30,101 nt of DNA from a virus (lineage: Duplodnaviria > Caudoviricetes), in the IMG/VR virus record IMGVR_UViG_3300013126_002685, positions 1 to 30,101 of that record. One strand, 5' to 3'. The translations under genes and the position numbers were made by a program. This document shows, piece after piece, positions 8,551 to 17,644 of the stretch. How positions within the stretch are numbered: the first letter of the stretch is position 1; each line of letters begins with the position of its first letter. The notes under the pieces are model-generated. The model saw only the letters and a list, made by a program, of their open reading frames with translations. It ran no database searches and was not told where the DNA came from.

Positions 8551-9768
8551 ATGAGCAAAAAAGAAATTTTATTGGATGATACACTTCTTCAGTTGAAAAA
8601 CTTGGAGGAGTCTATCTCAAAAAACACAAAAGGAATACTTGCTTCAGTAATGAAGGAAGAAATCGCATCTTTAGTAAAAGAATCTTTAGGTGATGACACC
8701 GAAGAGGTTAAAGAACAGGTTGAAGACGATGAACTCGAAATGGATCTCGGAGACGAAGGAAGTGAAGAGGAAATTGAATTTGACATGGAAGACGAAGGTG
8801 ATGAAGAAGAAATGGACGTTGACCTTCCTGCGGAATTCGGTGACGAAGAATTAGACTTCGACATGGAAGACGAGTTTGAAGGAGAAGACGAAGATTTGGT
8901 CGACATCACAAATATGAGTGACGAAGAACTCGTAAAGGTTTTCAAATTGATGGGTGATGAAGATGGAGTCGTTGTTCAAAGAGAAGACGATGAAATTCAC
9001 CTCAAAGACGAAAACGAAGGTGTAGAATATGAAATTCAATTAGAAGGTGAAGATCTCGAACTTGAAGAAATGATGGACATGGAAGAAATGGAAACCGAAG
9101 AAGAGGTTGAAGAAACTGAAATGGATGGTGAAGTTTCAGAAATGGAAACTGTCGATGAAGAAGAAGTGATGTACGAAATTGAATTTAACGAAGAAGAAGA
9201 CGAGGAGGAAGAGGAAGAAGTTGAGTTAGAAGAAACTTACGAAGAGGCTCACGAAGGTGAGGCACACAAAGAAGAAGCCAAGGAAGCGGCTAGAACCTTG
9301 GGTAATGGAAGAGCTTTTGGAAGAAAAGGTTTACCAAAACCAAAAGCAGGACCTTTTAATTTAAAAGAGGTTGAATCTTACAAAAGACAAATTGCTAACC
9401 TCAAAGAAAAAAATGAGGAATACAAAAAGGCACTTGATCTTTTCAGAACTAAATTAAATGAGGTTGCCATTTTCAACTCAAATTTAGCTTACGCTACAAG
9501 ATTATTCACTGAACACTCAACAACCAAAAAAGAAAAAATTAACATCCTTAAGAGATTTGATAATGTAGAAACTTTGAAAGAATCAAAGAACTTATACAAG
9601 TCAATCAAGAATGAATTGGTTGGTTCAGAAACCGTTGTAACCGAATCAGTGGCTAACAAAGTACAAAAAACACCACAGAGAGGTTCAACAAATCTCGTTG
9701 AATCAAAAACATATGAGAACGCACAGTTCCTCAGAATGAAAGATTTGATGAACAAAATAAATAAATAA
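8551..9768 (+). CDS. Prohead core scaffold protein (gp22-like), very acidic
   Basis: Lies between protease and MCP; Glu/Asp-rich middle; C-terminal coiled coil LNEVAIFNSNLAYATRLF...EKINILKRFD; many (L/I/V)xE sites. Confidence 0.8.
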   Translation: MSKKEILLDDTLLQLKNLEESISKNTKGILASVMKEEIASLVKESLGDDTEEVKEQVEDDELEMDLGDEGSEEEIEFDMEDEGDEEEMDVDLPAEFGDEELDFDMEDEFEGEDEDLVDITNMSDEELVKVFKLMGDEDGVVVQREDDEIHLKDENEGVEYEIQLEGEDLELEEMMDMEEMETEEEVEETEMDGEVSEMETVDEEEVMYEIEFNEEEDEEEEEEVELEETYEEAHEGEAHKEEAKEAARTLGNGRAFGRKGLPKPKAGPFNLKEVESYKRQIANLKEKNEEYKKALDLFRTKLNEVAIFNSNLAYATRLFTEHSTTKKEKINILKRFDNVETLKESKNLYKSIKNELVGSETVVTESVANKVQKTPQRGSTNLVESKTYENAQFLRMKDLMNKINK

Positions 9769-9790
9769 ACTAAACAAAAAAAAAATTAAT

Positions 9791-11596
9791 ATGGGAGCAT
9801 TATTAGAAAGTGGTTTAGTTGGTAACATTGGTCTTAAGCACCTTAAAGTTATCAAAGAAGACACTATAAACAAATGGGACAAATTAGGATTCCTTGAAGG
9901 GTTGGGTGGTCACTTAAAAGAAAACATGGCTCAACTTTATGAGAACCAAGCGTCTCACTTAATCAACGAAGCGGCATCAACAGATTCATCAGGTTCTTTT
10001 GAAACTGTTGTTTTCCCAATCATCAGAAGAGTTTTCTCTAAGCTTTTGGCAAACGATATCGTTTCTGTCCAAGCGATGAACTTACCTATCGGTAAACTCT
10101 TCTACTTCGTTCCTAAAATTCAGGGATACACCGGATCAAGCGGTTATCATTATCCACCAGTTGGTTCACCACAAGCTGCTCAATCAGGATTGGACAACCC
10201 TAACCAAGGGTATTCAACAGGTAAAAACCTTTATGATAGATTCTATGAAGGTAATGAGGCGGCTTTAGATCCTCCCGGATTGTTTGACTATTCAAGAGGT
10301 GCTTTCACATCATTTACATCTACAGCGGTTGGAACACAAGCTTGGAGTAGTGGTGAGTTAGTTTCATCAGGATACGGAGCTGGTGAATATAGAAAAGTCC
10401 TTATTGCACTTTCAGGATTTACCAACGGAGGTTATGGAAAACTTTTAGGTCCTGATGGTAACTTGGTTGATAATGAAACCTTCCTTTCGGATCTTAGAGT
10501 TAACGCTAGAACCGCTGCGGGTGGTGCTTTCTCTGGTGCTGGTTCGGGTGACCTTCTTTTCAGAGTTGTAACTCAAAAATATGGTAAAGGTATTGTGCAA
10601 TACGGTTCTCAAACAGCAACTGTTTTTGGAAATACTAATACAGCTAACGGTGGTACATTTGATAGTATTTGTGATGCGGACGGAAAAATTTATTTAGAAG
10701 TCGATCTTCAAGTCCCATGTTCAATTGGTGCAGGATCATTTGACGGTTATTCAGGTTTAACTACTACCATTGCAGGATCGGCGGTTGCCGGTTCCGCATT
10801 CACCGCAACATACAGAATTTATCAGGAGCTCGAATTCGAAGATCAGATCGGTGAAGTTTCTTTCGACCTCGAGTCAGTCACTGTTTCTGTTGGTGAAAGA
10901 AAATTGAGAGCACAATGGTCACCTGAACTCGCTCAGGACGTTGCGGCTTTCCACAACATCGATGCTGAGGCTGAATTGACAGCATTGTTGTCAGAACAAG
11001 TTGCAGCTGAAATCGATAGAGAAATCCTGAGAGACCTTAGAAAAGGTGCGGCGTGGAACTTAAGATGGGATTACAACGGATGGAAGAGAGGTACATCCGC
11101 TAACCCATTGACACAGTACACACAGAAGGATTGGAACCAAACATTGATCACTGCGATCAACCAACTTTCTGCACAAATCCACAAGTCAACTTTGAGAGGT
11201 GGTGCTAACTGGATCATCGTTTCTTCTGAAATTTCAGCAATTTTTGATGATTTGGAATACTTCCACGTTTCAAACGCGGCTCCTGAACAGGATCAGTACA
11301 ACATGGGTATCGAAAGAGTAGGTACACTTTCTGGAAGATATCAAGTTTACCGTGACCCATACTTCCCACCAAACCAAATCTTGATTGGTCACAAGGGAAC
11401 GTCATTACTTGACACAGGTTACGTTTACGCACCATATGTACCCCTTCAGTTGACACCAACTATGTATAACCCATTCAACTTCACCCCAATCAAGGGTATC
11501 ATGACTAGATACGCTAAGAAAATGGTGAACAACAGATTCTACGGTAGAATCACTGTTGATGGTGTTAGAACATTCGACCTCAACGAATTGAGATAA
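9791..11596 (+). CDS. Major capsid protein (T4 gp23-like) with long insertion domain
   Basis: FPIIRRV...ANDIVSVQAM, RKLRAQWSPELAQD..AFHNIDAEAELT, EIDREI, GYVYAPYVPL, GIMTRYA. Confidence 0.97.
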   Translation: MGALLESGLVGNIGLKHLKVIKEDTINKWDKLGFLEGLGGHLKENMAQLYENQASHLINEAASTDSSGSFETVVFPIIRRVFSKLLANDIVSVQAMNLPIGKLFYFVPKIQGYTGSSGYHYPPVGSPQAAQSGLDNPNQGYSTGKNLYDRFYEGNEAALDPPGLFDYSRGAFTSFTSTAVGTQAWSSGELVSSGYGAGEYRKVLIALSGFTNGGYGKLLGPDGNLVDNETFLSDLRVNARTAAGGAFSGAGSGDLLFRVVTQKYGKGIVQYGSQTATVFGNTNTANGGTFDSICDADGKIYLEVDLQVPCSIGAGSFDGYSGLTTTIAGSAVAGSAFTATYRIYQELEFEDQIGEVSFDLESVTVSVGERKLRAQWSPELAQDVAAFHNIDAEAELTALLSEQVAAEIDREILRDLRKGAAWNLRWDYNGWKRGTSANPLTQYTQKDWNQTLITAINQLSAQIHKSTLRGGANWIIVSSEISAIFDDLEYFHVSNAAPEQDQYNMGIERVGTLSGRYQVYRDPYFPPNQILIGHKGTSLLDTGYVYAPYVPLQLTPTMYNPFNFTPIKGIMTRYAKKMVNNRFYGRITVDGVRTFDLNELR

Positions 11597-11617
11597 TTAA
11601 TTTGTAGTGTAAAATAG

Positions 11618-11644
11618 AAAAGGGAACTTCGGTTCCCTTTTTTT
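11618..11644. terminator. Intrinsic, probably bidirectional terminator AAAAGGGAAC-TTCG-GTTCCCTTTTTTT
   Basis: Perfect stem with C(UUCG)G tetraloop, between MCP and a convergent ORF. Confidence 0.93.
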
Positions 11645-11867
11645 ATTGTTCTGTTTTATGAAGATTTCGTATTGATTTTGATATAACTTCAGCCTCTTCC
11701 AAAGTCAAAATCCCCCTCTTCTGAGCATAAACACAACATTCAATAAGGCAAAATAAAGATTGATCATAATTCAAATTATCAATAAATTTTTCTAAATCCG
11801 ATACCGAATAGTAATTTATCGAGTTAAATAATGTACCTATTGGTTTTTCTTCTTCTATGTTCTCCAT
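11643..11867 (-). CDS. Small hypothetical protein (74 aa, MENIEEEKPIGTLFNSINY...)
   Basis: Track start 11984 overlaps the + strand gene at 11912; ATG at 11867 avoids the overlap; ends at the shared terminator. Confidence 0.7.
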   Translation of the reverse strand: MENIEEEKPIGTLFNSINYYSVSDLEKFIDNLNYDQSLFCLIECCVYAQKRGILTLEEAEVISKSIRNLHKTEQ

Positions 11868-11892
11868 AGGTAAAAAATACAATTTTTGTAGA

Positions 11893-11899
11893 TATTTAT
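11893..11899 (+). promoter_or_regulatory. Candidate late promoter TATTTAT (gene 11912)
   Basis: Downstream of the MCP terminator, 12 nt before ATG. Confidence 0.6.
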
Positions 11900-11911
11900 C
11901 AATAAAAAAGT

Positions 11912-12811
11912 ATGTCGCAGTTAAAAGAAGATTTAGCAGTTTGGTTTGGAAAGAAGAAAAAAGGAAAAGGATCAAAACAACCACAAGGTCCGTGGGTTAA
12001 TATATGTAGAAAAAAAGAAGGGGGAGGGCATCCTCCTTGTGGAAGAGAAGAGGGTGGCCAGAGAGGTTATCCTGTGTGTAGAGCAAGATCTGTAGCATCG
12101 AAGATGAGTGAGGAGGAAAAGAAATCGGCCTGTGCAAGAAAAAGAAATAAAGAAAAGAAAGACCCTCAAACAGGTAAAGGTCAAAAACCAACAAGAATAC
12201 AAATTAAAGGATATAAAAAAGAATCAGTTATGGAAAAACCAATTTTTCAATGGACAACACTTAACGAAAACAAAACCATCCTCAGTGAAGGTATGACATA
12301 TCATATTGAAAATCACATTCCTTTACATGAGAATGTTTTCAGGATGGGGTCTGAAAGTTATTTTTCATTATTTAGAGAAGCTAGAAGTTTGGGTTACGAA
12401 AACTTCACGAATTCTATCGATAGATGGTTAATCAAAAACACTGATATTGGAATTTTCGAATTATATGAAGACGAATTGGTTCCTTTGGATATTCCGATGT
12501 TATATGAGGCCGAATATCAGGGTAAAAAAGTTCAATTAAACAAACCCATGAGAGGTGGAAGTGGAGGTAAAAAATTTAAGGTTTATGTTAAGGATCCCAA
12601 AACAGGAAATGTTAAAAAGGTTTCATTTGGTGCTGCAGGTGGTGGTGGATCTTTGGCTGTTAAACTCAAAGATCCCGCAGCTAAAAGATCTTTTGCGGCT
12701 AGACACAAATGTCACACAACAAAAGACAAAACAACTGCGTCCTATTGGGCTTGTAGATTACCGAGATATGCAAAGTCTTTGGGTTTAAGTGGGGGTGGAA
12801 CATGGTGGTAA
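11912..12811 (+). CDS. Basic, Cys-rich three-module putative capsid-internal protein
   Basis: Module 1 WVNIC...PCGR...YPVC...AC; module 3 KKFKVYVK...KVSFG...RSFAARHKC...YWAC (common small phage domains); modules bounded by LKE/LNE/LSE/LYE; TATTTAT upstream. Confidence 0.65.
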   Translation: MSQLKEDLAVWFGKKKKGKGSKQPQGPWVNICRKKEGGGHPPCGREEGGQRGYPVCRARSVASKMSEEEKKSACARKRNKEKKDPQTGKGQKPTRIQIKGYKKESVMEKPIFQWTTLNENKTILSEGMTYHIENHIPLHENVFRMGSESYFSLFREARSLGYENFTNSIDRWLIKNTDIGIFELYEDELVPLDIPMLYEAEYQGKKVQLNKPMRGGSGGKKFKVYVKDPKTGNVKKVSFGAAGGGGSLAVKLKDPAAKRSFAARHKCHTTKDKTTASYWACRLPRYAKSLGLSGGGTWW

Positions 12812-13071
12812 ACCCTTATTCTGAAGAAGTTCGAGATGATGTAATCCTTCGTGTATTCAAAGAAGAAGTGGAGAATGAAGAACTTGTTTGGCATCGTGAT
12901 CGTAGAGACAGAAAAGTAGAGATTATAGAATCCAATAAGTGGTATTTTCAATTCGAAGATCAGTTACCTATAGAGATGAAAAAAGGGGATGTATTGAACA
13001 TCCCCAAAGAAAGTTATCACCGAATTATCAAAGGTAATAATGATTTAATTGTTAAAATTTTTGAGTATTGA
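12802..13071 (+). CDS. Small cupin-fold protein
   Basis: EELVWHRD...W.FQF...P..MKKGDVLNIPKESYHRIIKG matches cupin motif 1/motif 2 spacing. Confidence 0.7.
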   Translation: MVVNPYSEEVRDDVILRVFKEEVENEELVWHRDRRDRKVEIIESNKWYFQFEDQLPIEMKKGDVLNIPKESYHRIIKGNNDLIVKIFEY

Positions 13072-13219
13072 ACTTTTTTTGTCTTATTGAATAATTTTTT
13101 GTTGAAAAAAAGTCTTTGTGGTATAAATTAAAGTAATCCACTGCTGAATCTGCACTTTGTGCTTCTGTTTCGTTGATAACTTTTCCGTCTTTCAGTAATT
13201 CGTAGGTTTTGAAATTCAT
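13052..13219 (-). CDS. Unannotated 55-aa protein MNFKTYELLKDGKVINETEAQSADSAVDYFNLYHKDFFSTKNYSIRQKKFNTQKF
   Basis: Hand-translated ATG 13219 to TAA 13052; fills the gap downstream of the TBDT; TATTTAT motif upstream at 13237-13243 (- strand). Confidence 0.65.
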   Translation of the reverse strand: MNFKTYELLKDGKVINETEAQSADSAVDYFNLYHKDFFSTKNYSIRQKKFNTQKF

Positions 13220-13266
13220 TGGTCAAAATCTTTCCAATAAATACTCCATATCGTGTAAAAATTACA

Positions 13267-16050
13267 TCAATTGAAGTTGTATTTGAAACTAAAATTCATT
13301 GTTGATCCGAATCTTGTTTCTTGCCAATTGTTATCAACTTCATCTAATTTTTCATTACCGTTGAGGTCTTGGAACATCACCAAATCCTGCGATAATAAAT
13401 CTCTAATATTCATTTTAAATTCCAAGTTGTCAAACTTTTTGGAAACTTGTAAATCAATTAAATTTCTTCCATTTTCCCAAACTGAAGGTTCTTGCACATT
13501 CCCAACCACAAATATTCTTGGACCCACCACATTGTATGTTGTGGATAGATTCCAACCGTTTGGTGTATTGTAAAATAGTCCAACATTATATACATATGGT
13601 GATTGACCTTGTAATGGTCTCCCATCCTCCGATCCTGCAAAACCATTCAGATTGACCTTGGAATCAATCAATGAAATATTGGAACTTAAATCCAAATTTT
13701 CTATCAAATTTACTTTCCCCTCTATTTCAACCCCTCTGATATATGCTGATTCAACATTCGAATAGTAAATTTCGGGAGCTCCTGAAACACCGGTTCTATT
13801 AATGGCCTCTATGGGATTTGTTAAATTCTTATTAAAAAATGAAACAGAGATGATTTCACTCAAGTCGGGATAATATTCAAACCTAATTTCTTGGTTGTTA
13901 ATCCTCGTTCTTTCAAGATAAGGATTCCCCGTGATTATATTATCTTGTATGAAATTATAAAAGGTGAATGGTGCAAGTTCTCTGAATTCAGGTCTTGAGA
14001 CACTTGTATATACCGAAGATCTTACTTGTGTTTTTTCATTTATAGAATAAACCAAGTTCAATGAGGGTAAAACATCCGTTACATTACTATTGATGTGGAT
14101 TGGTTTGTTCGAACCAAATTCTGTGTAATAAAAATTCTGATTGTAATTTTCCAATCTCAAACCACTTATCAATCTCAAAGACCTCCATTTTGAATCTAAT
14201 GAAATATAACCTGAATTCAGGTTGGAGTTCGCGTTATAACTATCATCCACATTTGTTGATTCATCAAGTTTAAAACCACCCATCCCATTGGATAAATCAC
14301 CCATATTCTCTTGTGAGAATATTTGACTTGGATCAAGTAGTAGAAGAGAACTATCAAACACCCCACCTTGAGGTCTGTATTGTGAATACCCTAAATTCCG
14401 TGACACAAAATTTCTTTCTCTGTATTGATGATATGAACCGAACTTAACTTCGTTCTCCAGTTTCAATAAAGAAAAACTACGAGACCAATCAAATTTCCCT
14501 GAATAAAGATTTTCGTCAGAATATGACCAAAACATATTTCCCGCAGCGGTGGGTATGGTTCCATTGGTTTGAATTACAGCTGCGTATTGTGAATTTGGAT
14601 CTTCTTCAGTAAGGGAATATTTTCTATACACAATTCTTCTCAAGTTTGGAATGTCTCTTTTCACATTGTTATAACCCAAAGTCCAAACAAGTTTCGATTT
14701 ATCAAAAGTATGATTTCCAATTAATTGTTGTGATAAAAAATTATTTTGTGTATACCAAAAATTGGTTGATCTTTCCCATTGCCTTGGGTCATTATCCATT
14801 TCACGAACTCCGATTCTGACATTCACTCTGTCTTCAGAATTTATTGTATAAAAGTTTTTTAATTTGATTGTATGATTCGGATTTAACAACAATGAAAAAT
14901 TCAAAAGACCACTGTTTGCAATTGTTTGAACAAATACTGAATCGTTCAACTCCATCTTTTGAACAACTCCGAGTTCTTGTTCTTCAAAATCTCGTCTTGT
15001 GGTTGTGGTTGTATTGTATTGGTTTGAGTAGTTATATGCCCCAGCCACAAGTAATGTTCTATTCCCGATTGAATAATTTCTACCAATCGTATATTGAATT
15101 GTTGAAGAAGGGGGTGCGACCCTATAATGTGTTGACCAATCTGTTTGAATGAGTGTTGCAAGGGTTGCTCTTTCTTGTCTTGACAAATTCACAAATTCCG
15201 ATGTATTCGGAATATTATCAGGTAAACACCTGAATTCAGAACCCAAACCCAAAATATCCATCGGACTTCCTTGATATGTTCCGAATCTCTGAAATGATGT
15301 CATTCCATTGACGGAGGTTCCAATCTGTAAAGTTTGATATGTAATTTCTTTTGGTTCAGTCGTGTTGATGTTGATCAAACCACCGGTAAATTCCCCCGAA
15401 AGATCTGCAGATGCTGATTTATTGATATATAAATTATCAATCATATTGGATGGAAAAAGATCAAAAGAAAATGCTCTTCTATCCGATTCGGTGGATGGAA
15501 GTGGAGATCCGTTAATTAATGCAAAGTTATACCTATCATTTAGACCTCTGACAATCACGAATTTGTTTTCTTGAATCGTCACCCCACCTACGCGTTTAAA
15601 TACATCAGAAGCTCTTGAATCAGGTGTTTTACTGAATGTTTCTGACGAAACTCCATCAATAACCGATGCTGATTTCCTTTGAAGGGAAACCATTTGTGTT
15701 GCCGATTGTTGATTTGCTTGAGCAACAACCGTTGCTTCACCTATTTCCATAAGGGTGGATTTCAAAGAAATATTCAAAACCCCATCCCGATTAACCAAAC
15801 TTATATTTTGAATTTGATTATCATATCCGATAAAACTCACCCGAACATCATAATTTCCCGATGGAATTCCTTTGATCACAAAATTACCATCCAAATCACT
15901 CATGGTTCCCTTACCGAGTTGTTCCACATATATCGTTGCACCAATCAACGACTCCCTTGTTTGAGAGTCGTTGACCGTGCCAGATAAATTATATTGGGAA
16001 AAACAACCTAATGAAAAGAATAAAAATATAAGTAGGTTAAAATATCTCAT
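13267..16050 (-). CDS. TonB-dependent outer-membrane receptor (signal peptide, carboxypeptidase-regulatory-like N domain, plug, beta-barrel)
   Basis: Signal peptide; GTVNDSQTRESLIGATI...GTMSDLDGNF...SFIGY N domain; plug VIVRGLNDRYN...FTGGLININT; barrel SRPEFRELAPF, GNPYL, RPLQGQSPY; C-terminal FSFKYNF(N). Confidence 0.93.
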   Translation of the reverse strand: MRYFNLLIFLFFSLGCFSQYNLSGTVNDSQTRESLIGATIYVEQLGKGTMSDLDGNFVIKGIPSGNYDVRVSFIGYDNQIQNISLVNRDGVLNISLKSTLMEIGEATVVAQANQQSATQMVSLQRKSASVIDGVSSETFSKTPDSRASDVFKRVGGVTIQENKFVIVRGLNDRYNFALINGSPLPSTESDRRAFSFDLFPSNMIDNLYINKSASADLSGEFTGGLININTTEPKEITYQTLQIGTSVNGMTSFQRFGTYQGSPMDILGLGSEFRCLPDNIPNTSEFVNLSRQERATLATLIQTDWSTHYRVAPPSSTIQYTIGRNYSIGNRTLLVAGAYNYSNQYNTTTTTRRDFEEQELGVVQKMELNDSVFVQTIANSGLLNFSLLLNPNHTIKLKNFYTINSEDRVNVRIGVREMDNDPRQWERSTNFWYTQNNFLSQQLIGNHTFDKSKLVWTLGYNNVKRDIPNLRRIVYRKYSLTEEDPNSQYAAVIQTNGTIPTAAGNMFWSYSDENLYSGKFDWSRSFSLLKLENEVKFGSYHQYRERNFVSRNLGYSQYRPQGGVFDSSLLLLDPSQIFSQENMGDLSNGMGGFKLDESTNVDDSYNANSNLNSGYISLDSKWRSLRLISGLRLENYNQNFYYTEFGSNKPIHINSNVTDVLPSLNLVYSINEKTQVRSSVYTSVSRPEFRELAPFTFYNFIQDNIITGNPYLERTRINNQEIRFEYYPDLSEIISVSFFNKNLTNPIEAINRTGVSGAPEIYYSNVESAYIRGVEIEGKVNLIENLDLSSNISLIDSKVNLNGFAGSEDGRPLQGQSPYVYNVGLFYNTPNGWNLSTTYNVVGPRIFVVGNVQEPSVWENGRNLIDLQVSKKFDNLEFKMNIRDLLSQDLVMFQDLNGNEKLDEVDNNWQETRFGSTMNFSFKYNFN

Positions 16051-16051
16051 T

Positions 16052-17644
16052 TCACTTATTGATTACAACCTTCTGGACATCATTTGATGTTTGAACGAAA
16101 TAAATCCCGTTTGAGAAGTTTGTGGTGTTAATTGTTACAGGTGCAAAATCTTCATAAACTCTTTGACCAACTTGGTTTGTGATAACAATTGGAGTTCTTT
16201 TTGGAGAAGTGACAATCAAGAAATCTGAAGTAGGATTTGGATAAACATTGAACGTAACTTCATTTTGATCTTCGACACCAATGACAATTGGATTTGCAAG
16301 AAGTGGGTGGGTAAAGTCAGCTCCGAGGGCGAGTGAACTATTTTCACTCAATCTAGCATCAGGTGTAATCCCAAGATCAACAAACAAATCAACCCAATCA
16401 ATTTGATCAATGGTTGTAAGTGAATCATTGTAATTTACACCAAAAAAGGAATTATAGAAATCTTCAGTCCCTGAAACACAATTTGATCCAACGGGAAGAT
16501 CTGATAAAATATTGTGAGCAAAAACCAAATTACCTGTTTGAAGATTTACTTGAGTTGAAATACCCTCAATTGACACCCCCTTTTCCCATCCCGAGACAAG
16601 TGAATTGAAAATAGATGTTGAGGTATTTCTTCTCAATCTGAAAGCCTTTTCAAAAGTTTCTCCAACAGGAAGGTCTTCTGTGTTATTATCACCTTTTGGA
16701 CCAACCAATGTCACATTTGAAAATACAGGAGCGGTTTTGGGAGTATTTTCAGACCCTTGACCATCATTGTCTGACTCAAAAGCGTTTGAATCTCCAACCG
16801 CGTCATACATAAATTTGTTTCTGATGGACAAAAGAAATTGATTTTTACCTCTGTAACCAAAGTCAGTATCAAAGTCATCATCAATACCACTGTAAGCGAT
16901 GAGGTGTTTTCCATTTACAGTCCCACCAAACCACTCAAAGGAGTCATCTCCCGAATATGAAACTTGAACAAAATCAACTAAAGTCCCCGACCCAACTGAT
17001 CCAAAGGTAAGACCGTTAATCTCTTTGTTCGGTTCAAGAGCAATACCACAGAATTCAATTCTTATATACTTTATAACACCCGAATTGTCAGAATCATCCG
17101 TTCCACCATATTCTGTGTCTAAAGAGGCGGGAATTCCTTCAATATTTGCAACACCACTTGGTTGATTATTGATTGCGTTTCCCAAAATTACCAAACCACC
17201 CCAATCACCTTCTGCTCTTTCACCTACAGGTTGGTTCGAAGTAAAAACAATCGGACTGGATTGAGTTCCTTCTGCATAAATTTTGGAACCTTTAGTGATA
17301 ATCAAAGTTGCCTGAGTTGATGCATCACCACGAATAATTGTTCCGGGTTGAATTGTCAAAGTAGCACCATTTTTTACATAAATTTTGTTTTGAATCTCAA
17401 CAACACCCCCGATGGTTGTATTTGTTGTAATATCTGAATTTAGAACCATAGATGGGGTTGGATATTCGGTATTTTGTGGATCCCAATTCGACCAACCGTA
17501 AGTCCAATCTGTTGCGGAAGTATTATCCGTAACAGGAAAAGCTCCTTTGTAATTTACATAATCCCAAGTCCATTCTTGGGCGTTTGCGGCAAAAAGACCC
17601 ATAAATACCGCGAGGGTCATCAAAATTTGTTTTCTCATAATCAT
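16052..17644 (-). CDS. Secreted acidic beta-helix protein with T9SS type-A C-terminal sorting domain
   Basis: SPI signal (...AANA/QEW); LTIQPGT..., PIVFTS, GDWGGLVILG, DNSG..KYIRIEF, DDSFEWFGGTVN, DDDFDTDFGY; CTD VYPNPTSD...NQVGQ...GIYFV...KVVINK. Start could be 17638. Confidence 0.88.
   Translation of the reverse strand: MIMRKQILMTLAVFMGLFAANAQEWTWDYVNYKGAFPVTDNTSATDWTYGWSNWDPQNTEYPTPSMVLNSDITTNTTIGGVVEIQNKIYVKNGATLTIQPGTIIRGDASTQATLIITKGSKIYAEGTQSSPIVFTSNQPVGERAEGDWGGLVILGNAINNQPSGVANIEGIPASLDTEYGGTDDSDNSGVIKYIRIEFCGIALEPNKEINGLTFGSVGSGTLVDFVQVSYSGDDSFEWFGGTVNGKHLIAYSGIDDDFDTDFGYRGKNQFLLSIRNKFMYDAVGDSNAFESDNDGQGSENTPKTAPVFSNVTLVGPKGDNNTEDLPVGETFEKAFRLRRNTSTSIFNSLVSGWEKGVSIEGISTQVNLQTGNLVFAHNILSDLPVGSNCVSGTEDFYNSFFGVNYNDSLTTIDQIDWVDLFVDLGITPDARLSENSSLALGADFTHPLLANPIVIGVEDQNEVTFNVYPNPTSDFLIVTSPKRTPIVITNQVGQRVYEDFAPVTINTTNFSNGIYFVQTSNDVQKVVINK

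Noticed and set aside
8700-9260. GAAGA-rich quasi-repeats, e.g. GACATGGAAGACGA twice
   Set aside because: Explained by Glu/Asp-rich scaffold codons; no regular repeat-spacer period, so not CRISPR or a DGR repeat.
9756-9768. ATAAATAAATAA before the MCP as a T4-type TATAAATA promoter
   Set aside because: Not an exact match and explained by scaffold codons I-N-K-stop.
1473-11596. Inteins or introns in TerL, portal or MCP
   Set aside because: ORFs are continuous with motifs in the expected order; no C...HN intein ends or endonuclease motifs seen.
11868-11984. N-terminal extension of the - strand ORF 11643..11984
   Set aside because: Overlaps the + gene at 11912 and its promoter motif; ATG 11867 preferred.
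13267-17644. Cassette as a host chromosome flank (prophage boundary) or transposon cargo
   Set aside because: Phage genes flank both sides within 50-100 bp, composition looks similar by eye, and no integrase, transposase, att or terminal repeats are visible; assembly check still advised.
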